NCBI GenBank assembly: GCA_964577025.1
Contig: CAZNVT010000004.1
Span: 1 to 42,797, forward strand
Source: an uncultured Candidatus Saccharibacteria bacterium
GTDB taxonomy: Bacteria; Patescibacteriota; Minisyncoccia; Phycocordibacterales; Phycocordibacteraceae
Length of the DNA stretch: 42,797 bases
Reading direction: 5' to 3'
This document shows, in pieces, positions 34,268 through 42,069 of the stretch; the stretch's first letter is position 1; each line of letters opens with the position of its first letter. The notes beneath the pieces are model-generated. The model searched no databases and was not told the DNA's origin. It saw nothing but the letters and a program-made list of their open reading frames with translations. Position numbers and translations under genes: made by a program.

Positions 34268-35993
34268 CTTTAAAGATTGACCGGAGCGTTTCCTCGGGTA
34301 TCTCAAACGGCTCTGGTGCCCGCACACCCGACTTTTCAGCTGGAGGCGTTGCGACAACTGGCGGGGACTTCGGTTCCTGTGACGCAACTACTGCACCAAG
34401 TGCCTCCTTGAGTCCTGTCTCTTTCTTTTCTGTCTGCACCTTTTTCTCTCCCTCAGCCTTGGCAAGCGTTGAGCGTAGTATGGCCTTTAAATCTTCTGCG
34501 GTCTTTTCCTTTGGTGGCGCAGGGCGATCGCGCATTGGAGCATCAGCACGCGGTCGGTCACGTTGTGGAGCATCTTTGCGAGGCGCATCTAGTCGAGGCG
34601 CGCGAGGCCGGTCTGGCGCGTCAGTAGTTTGCGTGCGAGGGCGAGTTGCATACGCTTGAGCTGCTGATGGCGCGCTTTCCTTTTTTGGAGCGGGAGGAGG
34701 TGTGGGTGGCATCAACTCGCTATAAATAAGTTCTTCCACACCAGCGCGTGCAGTACCAAATTGGCTTCGTGATGCATCAATTACTTCTTTCTTAAACGAT
34801 CGTGACGGCTGCTCGATTGGTGGAATCGTAATAGCAGAGAATGGACGCGAACCGATGCCATCTATCATCAAGGTCATATACACCTGTGCAAACCCGAGAT
34901 TTACCAAGTCCTCTTTTAGGAATTCTGGACTGAACACCGTTTCGAGTAACTCAGCATCAAATGGCCCCACACGAAATGCGACCGTCGTACCAACGTTTCC
35001 AAATACCGCCGCACGTACTTCCTCTTCCATTTGCTCCACATACTGGTGCGCAATAATGAGATTTAAATTGTACTTACGCGCTTCGGAGAGAATTTCCGCA
35101 AATGTGTCGTTGGCAAAGTTCTGGAACTCGTCCACATACAGATAAAACTTCGCTGTTTTCTTGAGTTCCTCTGGTGGCAAGTTCGCTCTACTCATCGCGC
35201 CAAGGAATATGCGGGTAGTGAGCATAGAACCAAGAAGACGCATATTTACATCTCCCACCAATCCCTTTGACAGGTTGATGAGGAGAATCTTGCGCTTATC
35301 CATCAAGTCACGAATATCAAAAGACGAGTGCGGCTGCCCGATAATATTTCGAATGAGTGGATTACTGGTGAACTGCCCAATCTTGTTTTGAATAGCAGGT
35401 GTTGCCTCCTGGGTAAAGCGGTCCGTATATCCTGCAAATTCCTTGGTCCAGAAATCTTTCACGACAGGGTCCTTCACATTGTCCACCACCTTGGCGCGAT
35501 AGGCTTTGTCTGTGTACATACGATTCACCCCAAGCAGTGTAGCGTCTGGGTACTCCAAAAGTGCCAGCAGTGTATTGGTGAGAATGTACTCCATACGCGC
35601 ACTCCACGCGTCTTCCCAAATTTTCTTAAATGTGGCCATAAGCCCAGATGTCACCAGATGACGCTTGTCATATCCCACATCCTCCATAATGTTGAACGCC
35701 ATCGGGTGTTCCAAATCAAACGGTGCAAAGTAGACCACGTCCTTGATGCGGTGCTCAGGAATAAAATCGAGCAGTTTCTCCACTGCACTACCGTGCGGAT
35801 CAATGAAGGCCATTCCCTCACCGTTTTGAATGTCCTGAATGGCCATATTCTCAAGCAATGTTGACTTACCCATGCCGGTCTTGCCGATGACATACATATG
35901 ACGCCCGCGATCGTTTGATTTAATACCAAATGGCGTACGCTTTCCGCGGTTGTCGGTGGCTGCGAAATAGGTGACGCGCTCAGGGTTATCCAT
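34260..35993 (-). CDS. Soluble VirD4/TraD-like (T4SS coupling-protein-type, TraG-D_C/DUF87-like) P-loop ATPase with disordered basic Pro-rich C-terminal tail
   Basis: 577 aa. It has Walker A GKTGMGKSTLL and the Walker-B-like motif FYLYVDEFQNF, followed by IIAHQY. There is no N-terminal hydrophobic segment. The last ~150 aa are low-complexity (DAPxRDRPR repeats, KE-rich). The stop overlaps the LTD gene start in ATGTCTAG. Confidence 0.8.
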   Translation of the reverse strand: MDNPERVTYFAATDNRGKRTPFGIKSNDRGRHMYVIGKTGMGKSTLLENMAIQDIQNGEGMAFIDPHGSAVEKLLDFIPEHRIKDVVYFAPFDLEHPMAFNIMEDVGYDKRHLVTSGLMATFKKIWEDAWSARMEYILTNTLLALLEYPDATLLGVNRMYTDKAYRAKVVDNVKDPVVKDFWTKEFAGYTDRFTQEATPAIQNKIGQFTSNPLIRNIIGQPHSSFDIRDLMDKRKILLINLSKGLVGDVNMRLLGSMLTTRIFLGAMSRANLPPEELKKTAKFYLYVDEFQNFANDTFAEILSEARKYNLNLIIAHQYVEQMEEEVRAAVFGNVGTTVAFRVGPFDAELLETVFSPEFLKEDLVNLGFAQVYMTLMIDGIGSRPFSAITIPPIEQPSRSFKKEVIDASRSQFGTARAGVEELIYSELMPPTPPPAPKKESAPSAAQAYATRPRTQTTDAPDRPRAPRLDAPRKDAPQRDRPRADAPMRDRPAPPKEKTAEDLKAILRSTLAKAEGEKKVQTEKKETGLKEALGAVVASQEPKSPPVVATPPAEKSGVRAPEPFEIPEETLRSIFKDV

Positions 35994-36039
35994 TACTTAT
36001 TAGTATACGATACGGGCTCGTAAATGTTTTGAACGAAGT

Positions 36040-36149
36040 GGTCAGAAGTTCAAGATGCGAGGCGCGGGAGGTGAGGAACGGAGGCGTACTAGCAGTACGA
36101 CGCAGTGACGAGCAGGGACCCGCAACAAAGCAGGTTGGGCTTCTGGACC
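36040..36149. other. Structured GC/purine-rich intergenic element (nested helices) upstream of the ATPase gene
   Basis: A 14-bp long-range helix pairs 36040-36053 with 36135-36149. It has one bulge, and its two wobble positions are G-U only on the plus strand. It encloses GCGGG/CCCGC (36064-68/36119-23) and the hairpin CGTACT-AGC-AGTACG (36085-36099). No ORF is present. Confidence 0.3.
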
Positions 36150-36153
36150 TTCG

Positions 36154-37218
36154 TTACTGATACTGGACGAAGACTGGTTGCGGCGTTAATTTCAGAAGTT
36201 CCGCTGGCGTAAGCATACGCTCACTCGGCGGCTTTAAGTCATTCTTGTAAAAGAGTTTGAAACCGGTGAACTGTACTGGCTCGGGGTAAATAAAGCTCTT
36301 ATACGTGCCAATTTTTCGCGCAGGACTTCCCCACCCATCCATCACCATCACCACCTGCACTTCAGGAAGCGGCGTGATGCTCGGCGCACCAACCACCATA
36401 CGCTGGGTGAACCGATGCACGATGAGTACCTTCGGGGGAAGATTATTATCTTTTACGAGCTTGGCCAAATAATTTGCTGCGTAATTAATGTCGTTTGAGT
36501 TAAGTGACCCTATCACTGTCCCTGGCTTCTCTCCTCCTTTCATAGAAAATTCGGGGTCGAGCGCTAGGTGCACGTTTGGCATTTTGAGGTAGTGCTCGAG
36601 TGCAGGAATTTCAGATTGCACCGTGCTCTTACCCACCTGTATATCGAGAATGACAATGGCATCGATTTTCTTCGCCATTTCTATTGCTATGTCTACCTGA
36701 TCGTCTGGCATACGTGCGCGATAGAGACCGCTCTTGCCGGGACTGTCCTGCGCAACTACGGCAATGTATTCAATTGCCGGCATTACTTTGGTATTTGGAT
36801 CTGCAGCCTCCCACTTAGCTATCTCTCCTTTCATTTTTTGAAGCACGGTTGCTTGATCGAACTCTCCCAAAATTCCCATCTTTGTAGAGTAAAAGTTTCC
36901 GTAGTAGGCAATGATGCGCTTCTCTGGAAGGAGTGCGCCGTACTTTGGGTATGGGGCTTTTGCTGGCCACAAGCGTGTTGAGGTTGCGGTAGTCGTTGCG
37001 TAGTTTGCGTTCTTAAATACCAATTTGTCGTATTTTGCTTTATCGAGCACTTTAGGAATCTCTGGAATGATTCGCTTCACTGCGGTGGAAGGGCGCGCAC
37101 TGTCGTACGTGGTAGCGCGCGCATAGGGCAATACAAATGCCACAAACAGAACAATCACAAATCCCACAAACGCTATGCGAACGCTGGTGTTACGAGAGAT
37201 CATTAGTAGATACTTCAT
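36154..37218 (-). CDS. N-terminally membrane-anchored conserved hypothetical protein (possible TIM-barrel glycoside-hydrolase-like fold)
   Basis: 354-aa ORF with the N-terminal TM IAFVGFVIVLFVAFVL. The blocks AIVILDIQVGKS, HLALDPEF and VLIVHRF alternate like beta-strand ends of a barrel. I recognise no family with confidence. Confidence 0.55.
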   Translation of the reverse strand: MKYLLMISRNTSVRIAFVGFVIVLFVAFVLPYARATTYDSARPSTAVKRIIPEIPKVLDKAKYDKLVFKNANYATTTATSTRLWPAKAPYPKYGALLPEKRIIAYYGNFYSTKMGILGEFDQATVLQKMKGEIAKWEAADPNTKVMPAIEYIAVVAQDSPGKSGLYRARMPDDQVDIAIEMAKKIDAIVILDIQVGKSTVQSEIPALEHYLKMPNVHLALDPEFSMKGGEKPGTVIGSLNSNDINYAANYLAKLVKDNNLPPKVLIVHRFTQRMVVGAPSITPLPEVQVVMVMDGWGSPARKIGTYKSFIYPEPVQFTGFKLFYKNDLKPPSERMLTPAELLKLTPQPVFVQYQ

Positions 37219-37393
37219 AGGTGGATTGCTGGAGCATTGATTTGCGACGCGTAAGGGTGAACCCTACGAAAGCAATTACCAGTCCGCAGAAAGGAAACAG
37301 GATTGAGAGCCACAGCAATGGAAGACCGACAAACGGCGCCACCGCTACCACCAAACCCAAAATGATAAGAAGCGATTCACGAGACATATGCAT
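37190..37393 (-). CDS. 67-aa two-TM small membrane protein
   Basis: MHMSRESLLIILGLVVAVAPFVGLPLLWLSILFPFCGLVIAFVGFTLTRRK. It has two hydrophobic spans, is co-oriented with its neighbours, and overlaps the next gene by 29 nt. Confidence 0.45.
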   Translation of the reverse strand: MHMSRESLLIILGLVVAVAPFVGLPLLWLSILFPFCGLVIAFVGFTLTRRKSMLQQSTYEVSTNDLS

Positions 37394-37433
37394 CAGTATA
37401 CTGGAGCATATTCAAAAAGACACAGGAAAGGGG

Positions 37434-38117
37434 TTACGGTGCAACGATCACCACAAATTCCCCCCGTATCTGGTCGGAGTGTTCGACAAAATGTGCTTGT
37501 ACTTCGCTCGCAGTGCCTTCAACTACTGACTCGTGCATCTTGGTGAGCTCTCGAAGCACGGACACCTTGCGATCCTCTGGTAACACCTCAGCGAGGCTCT
37601 GGAGAGCCTTCTCTATGCGGTGAGGAGACTCATAGAACACCATTGCTCGCTCAGAGTCTGCAATCTCCTTAAACAGCGTCTGACGGCCCTTTTTGTGCGG
37701 AAGGAACCCTAGAAAGGTGAATTCGTGAGTAGGCATTCCGGCGATAGAAAGCGCTGCCGTGAGTGCTGCAGGCCCTGGGATTCCCTCGATAATCACAGCG
37801 TCCGCAAGCCTGTCCCGCACTTCACGTACCAGCTCATTTCCCGGGTCGGAGACTCCAGGTGTACCGGCGTCCGTCACCAGCGCAACGTGCTTCCCTTCTC
37901 CCAGAAGTTGCAGGATGCGCGTGGTAGCGTGCTTCCCGCTTTGTGCGTGAAAAATAAGAAGGGGCTTTTGTATTTCGTACCGCGCCAAAAGCTTTGCCGT
38001 CACGCGCGTATCTTCGCACGCAATCACGTCTGCGGTCTTGAGTGTGTCGAGCGCACGCAACGTGATATCGGCCAGGTTTCCGATAGGAGTAGCTACGACT
38101 GAGAGTTTTCCTTCCAT
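37434..38117 (-). CDS. rsmI: 16S rRNA (cytidine1402-2'-O)-methyltransferase
   Basis: 227 aa. LSVVATPIGNLADITLRALDTLKTADVIACEDTR and DAGTPGVSDPG are RsmI (tetrapyrrole-methylase fold) signatures. Confidence 0.92.
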   Translation of the reverse strand: MEGKLSVVATPIGNLADITLRALDTLKTADVIACEDTRVTAKLLARYEIQKPLLIFHAQSGKHATTRILQLLGEGKHVALVTDAGTPGVSDPGNELVREVRDRLADAVIIEGIPGPAALTAALSIAGMPTHEFTFLGFLPHKKGRQTLFKEIADSERAMVFYESPHRIEKALQSLAEVLPEDRKVSVLRELTKMHESVVEGTASEVQAHFVEHSDQIRGEFVVIVAP

Positions 38118-38119
38118 AC

Positions 38120-39409
38120 TTAGGAAGCCACAATGGCATTAGCTACTTTGTATATGTCTCCTGCTCCCATCGTCATAATCACATCTCCTTCTTTTGGCTC
38201 ACTACGCAGTACTGCTTCTATTTCCTCAAACGAAAGTGCACGAGCGTTTGTTCCTTCTGCTTGAATACGGGTCGCAAGCAGTTCACTTGAAACAGAACCG
38301 TCATCCACTTCGCGAGCAGGATAAATAGGTGCAATCAATACTTCGTCTGCCTCGTTGAACGCGCGTGAGAAACCATCTAGCAAGTCACGGGTTCGACTGT
38401 ACAAATGCGGATGAAACGCCACAAATATCTTTCCGTCTGTTTTCTCACGAAGTGCCAGGAGTGTCTCGCGTACAGCTGTTGGGTGGTGCGCGTAGTCGTC
38501 GTACACCTGCGCCCCTTGAGCCGTCTTGCCTTTGTCTTCAAACCTACGCCATGTTCCGTGGAAGTCGCTGAGTGCAGTAATAATCTGGCCCGTTGTGATG
38601 CTTGGGAGTACACAGCGTGCTGCAGCAGCGGCCGCTCGCGCGTTCATTTGATTGAACTCTCCTGGAAGCATCAAGGGGAATTCGGGCTCCTTCATATAAT
38701 CAATGATGGTTGCCTCGATGCCTTCGAGGAGCGGATTGATACTCGGACGCTCAACATCGGTCACGATGAATCCGTGAGCCGGAACCTTTTTCATCAGTGT
38801 GCGGAATGCATCCTGCACATCTGCCAAATCTTGGTAGTAGTCGGTGTGATCAAATTCCAAGTTGGTCACTACCAGTATTTCTGGGGCAATCTGCAGGAAG
38901 TGTCTCTGATACTCGCAAGCCTCTACCACCAACAGATCAGACTCTCCTTTCAAATAGTTACTGCCGAAATCTTGCACAATGGAGCCAACAACTGCAGACG
39001 GTGACGCATCAGCATCGCGCAAAATTTTGGCAATCATTCCGGTGGTGGTTGTCTTGCCATGTGTACCTGACACAGCAATAGTTCGCTTCTCTTCGGATAC
39101 ACTTCCGAGCATCTCGAAATAAGACACCTGTGGAATACCGAGCTCAAGGGCACGCATACGCTCTGGGTTGTCCGTGTGCACCGCCACGGTGTACACAAAC
39201 ACGCTTGCATCTTCCGGCACATTTTCTGCACGCTGACCAATGATTACCTGAATACCCTTTGATTCAAGGAGTTCTGTCGTGGGACTCTCTTCCCTATCCG
39301 AACCAATGACCACTTCGCCGCGCGCAGCCAACAGCTGCGCAAGAGCCGACATACCAATGCCGCCTATACCGCTCATAAATACTTTCCTGCTGTTATCTGT
39401 TGGCAACAT
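38120..39409 (-). CDS. murC: UDP-N-acetylmuramate--L-alanine ligase
   Basis: 429 aa. It has GIGGIGMSALAQLL, GTHGKTTTTGMIA, and the DYAHHP block of MurC. Confidence 0.95.
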   Translation of the reverse strand: MLPTDNSRKVFMSGIGGIGMSALAQLLAARGEVVIGSDREESPTTELLESKGIQVIIGQRAENVPEDASVFVYTVAVHTDNPERMRALELGIPQVSYFEMLGSVSEEKRTIAVSGTHGKTTTTGMIAKILRDADASPSAVVGSIVQDFGSNYLKGESDLLVVEACEYQRHFLQIAPEILVVTNLEFDHTDYYQDLADVQDAFRTLMKKVPAHGFIVTDVERPSINPLLEGIEATIIDYMKEPEFPLMLPGEFNQMNARAAAAAARCVLPSITTGQIITALSDFHGTWRRFEDKGKTAQGAQVYDDYAHHPTAVRETLLALREKTDGKIFVAFHPHLYSRTRDLLDGFSRAFNEADEVLIAPIYPAREVDDGSVSSELLATRIQAEGTNARALSFEEIEAVLRSEPKEGDVIMTMGAGDIYKVANAIVAS

Positions 39410-39896
39410 ACGCTTTTATTATTTTGGATTCATCAAGGTCCTTTCGGTCTGTGCGCCTCCCCTGATCTTCCATTCTTTCGATAAGTACTGAGGGCTCGAT
39501 CCACTCGAGAGTGGAGTGACCTTCTGCATCGTCCGACGGACGCTCTCCAATGTGAGTGAGCTCTACCTCAAAATATACGGTCGTCTTCTCAAAACTACCT
39601 CCTGGTGTTTCCAGGAAATGTTGCTCGGAGCCAAGATATTTCTTAATAATACCTTCCATTCCAAATTCCTCTTGTAGACCGCGAGTTACGGCCCCCTCCA
39701 GACTTTCTCTGTTTTCAAGTGATTCTCGCATCAGTATGGAGACCATTTCTAGTCCTCCCAAATTATGAACAAACCCGGAAGGAACATCCTTCTCACGAAA
39801 TGTATGAACAAGAATATTGCCTTCACCGTTTGTGAGTACCGCCCCGACGGATATGTGATAGGGGCTCTTGGCTGAATGCTGAAAAAGTTTCGTCAT
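39393..39896 (-). CDS. Nudix-family hydrolase with atypical Nudix box
   Basis: 167 aa. The RGLQEEFGM segment matches REUxEExGU except that E is replaced by G. The upstream half of the box is replaced by RESLENRESLEG. The gene overlaps murC by 17 nt and murD by 4 nt (ATGA). Confidence 0.65.
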   Translation of the reverse strand: MTKLFQHSAKSPYHISVGAVLTNGEGNILVHTFREKDVPSGFVHNLGGLEMVSILMRESLENRESLEGAVTRGLQEEFGMEGIIKKYLGSEQHFLETPGGSFEKTTVYFEVELTHIGERPSDDAEGHSTLEWIEPSVLIERMEDQGRRTDRKDLDESKIIKAYVANR

Positions 39897-41236
39897 AGCT
39901 GTTGCACTATAGCAGTAAATTGATCACCTCGATCATATTCATTTTTAAACATACCAAAGGATGCAAACGCGGGCGACAACAAGATCACATCCCCTGCTTC
40001 TGCGAGTTTTTGCGCCGCTTCCACCGCGTCCGAAATACTTCCATATATGGAAGTATTTGGTATGTCTGACTTAATACGGTCTGTACCCGTTCCTGCAAGC
40101 AGGACAACGTACTTGGCGAGAGCCGGCAGTACTGAAAGTAGTGCGTTCATATCAAGCCCCTTATCTGCCCCGCCCATAATAATGATGGACCTCGTAGGTC
40201 CATCATTATTATGGAGAGCATAAAGAGCGGCCAGGGTGGCGTCTGGGGTTGTTGCGTTGCTGTCATTATAAAAGTCAACGCCATTCACGGTGCGAATAAA
40301 CTCCAGACGACCCGGCACTCCGACAAACGATTCGAGCGCGCCACGGGTTAACTCGTCTGGAATACTGAGTGTACGCGCTACTGCGAGCGCAAGTCCGGCG
40401 TCGTATCGGTTATGAATTCCAGGTATTCGAAGCCTCCAATCCTCGGGCAGGGTCGTTTCATCCGCTACTATTTTCTTACCCTGAATACTGCTTGCGTACG
40501 ACTCCTCCACCGTGTCTACACACTGACTACCGAGTACCAGGGTGTCCGCGTCAGTTTGATACAAAAATATATTTGCCTTGTCTCGCAGGTACAGCTCCAT
40601 ATCGTCCTTGTAGTAATTCATATGGTCTGCCATAAACGTGGTGAACACCGCAATGTGTGGACTTTTCTTTTCGTCTCCAAATCCCTGGCACTGCCAGGAA
40701 TCAAGTTCGAACAATCCGTAGTGCTCTGGCGTAGCAACGTCCAAAAGTGCGAGCGTAGACACACCACGCACATTTCCTCCGAGCAACACAGGCATTCCTG
40801 CTGCTTTCATAATGGAGTGCAGCATATGTGTCGTGGTGCTTTTGCCGCGCGTACCAGTCACCCCAACTATAGGAAGTCCCGACAATTCCATAAACCACGA
40901 TGCACTCATTTTTATAGGCGTTCCTTCTTTTTCGGCTTCTGCAACGTAAGCAGAGTCGAGCGGGACGCCTGCGGCCTTTAGTATGAAATCTCGACCACGA
41001 AAATCCTCGAGTCGGTGCTCACCAAGCACATAAGTAATGTTTGAGAAACCCTTCAGGAGCTCGAGCGACTCCCGCAACTCCTCCTCGCTCTTCAGGTCTG
41101 TCACGATGAGCTCTGCTCCCTGCCCTGCCAGAAATGTAGCGTCTCCCACGCCACGCCCAAGAAGCCCGAGCCCCATCACGGTGATTTTCTTTCCTTCAAG
41201 CTTGGCCCTTACGTTCATTTGTTCATCGTAGCGCAT
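39893..41236 (-). CDS. murD: UDP-N-acetylmuramoylalanine--D-glutamate ligase
   Basis: 447 aa. It has ITVMGLGLLGRG, GVTGTRGKSTTTHM, and the C-terminal SPAFASFGMFKNEYDRG typical of MurD. Confidence 0.95.
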   Translation of the reverse strand: MRYDEQMNVRAKLEGKKITVMGLGLLGRGVGDATFLAGQGAELIVTDLKSEEELRESLELLKGFSNITYVLGEHRLEDFRGRDFILKAAGVPLDSAYVAEAEKEGTPIKMSASWFMELSGLPIVGVTGTRGKSTTTHMLHSIMKAAGMPVLLGGNVRGVSTLALLDVATPEHYGLFELDSWQCQGFGDEKKSPHIAVFTTFMADHMNYYKDDMELYLRDKANIFLYQTDADTLVLGSQCVDTVEESYASSIQGKKIVADETTLPEDWRLRIPGIHNRYDAGLALAVARTLSIPDELTRGALESFVGVPGRLEFIRTVNGVDFYNDSNATTPDATLAALYALHNNDGPTRSIIIMGGADKGLDMNALLSVLPALAKYVVLLAGTGTDRIKSDIPNTSIYGSISDAVEAAQKLAEAGDVILLSPAFASFGMFKNEYDRGDQFTAIVQQL

Positions 41237-41268
41237 TTCGTGGCTGTCACGAAATCGGGCGGACAGTC

Positions 41269-41814
41269 CTACTTGCAGGGTACTTCTTGCTCGGTATCCG
41301 TATGACTAAGTGACGCTCCAGAGAATGGCACGCGGATAATTTGGTACGGACTCGTGAGTGACTGCGTCGTGATACACCCTACTCCCGGCTTTTCTATAAG
41401 TACGTGTACGGAGCGAGCGTCCTGCGTATCTAGCACCTTATCTACTGAAATTGCATACCCTCCTGTGGTGCGAGAACCCGCAAAAACCGCTACCACATAG
41501 GCCTTGGTGAAATCTATTGTTGGCATCTTTTCGGTGCTGCCCGTCAGCTTCCAGATGCGCGCATATTCTTCTTTCGTGTAGACGGCGTAATTTTTGCGCT
41601 CGGTTACGCTGGCGGCCTTGCTTCCGTGACCAATAACGGTAAACGGTACGTCGGTTGCTTTTGGTGCTTCTACTTCTGCAGCTACCTCTTGTACGACTGG
41701 TGCGGGTGTCTCGGCTGACTCTTTCATAAACTCTGCCGGCCCATACAGATAGAGCCATGCGCCAACTGCGGTAGCGGCAATACACATCCCCGCGATGATA
41801 AGTAGGTCTCGCAT
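41269..41814 (-). CDS. Membrane-anchored PrcB_C-domain-like protein
   Basis: 181 aa with the N-terminal TM LLIIAGMCIAATAVGAWLYL. The C-terminal YVVAVFAGSRTTGGYAISVDKV...VHVLIEKP resembles the PrcB C-terminal domain. The assignment is from memory. Confidence 0.5.
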   Translation of the reverse strand: MRDLLIIAGMCIAATAVGAWLYLYGPAEFMKESAETPAPVVQEVAAEVEAPKATDVPFTVIGHGSKAASVTERKNYAVYTKEEYARIWKLTGSTEKMPTIDFTKAYVVAVFAGSRTTGGYAISVDKVLDTQDARSVHVLIEKPGVGCITTQSLTSPYQIIRVPFSGASLSHTDTEQEVPCK

Positions 41815-42030
41815 ATAGGTGTAGTATACCTGCTTCTTGTTTCTCTATACGAGAAATGTGGGTATAGATGACTGCTTGAGCGCTTGGGCTGAGAGCTGGA
41901 AATACCCTCCAGTATCTGGTAGTATCCGAGGAGCCTGGGAGAGTGATTTCACTCCTTTCCTATGGAAAGCCAAGTGTATGGCATACCACCGCTTCGCGGT
42001 TTCAGCCATACGCTTGGGTTCGCTCGGTAT

Positions 42031-42069
42031 AAAGAAATATGTAAGGAAAACGCCTTTACATATTTCTTT
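42031..42069. terminator. Perfect 14-bp A/T-flanked hairpin 12 nt upstream of tRNA-Ile
   Basis: AAAGAAATATGTAA (42031-42044) / TTACATATTTCTTT (42056-42069) with an 11-nt loop. Its form is like a bidirectional terminator. Its role is unknown. Confidence 0.35.

Noticed and set aside
34268-34387. 40-codon upstream extension of the LTD-protein ORF
   Set aside because: The extension (MRHRNRSPRQ...) lies inside the 3' end of the ATPase gene and precedes a textbook signal peptide that starts at ATG 34267.
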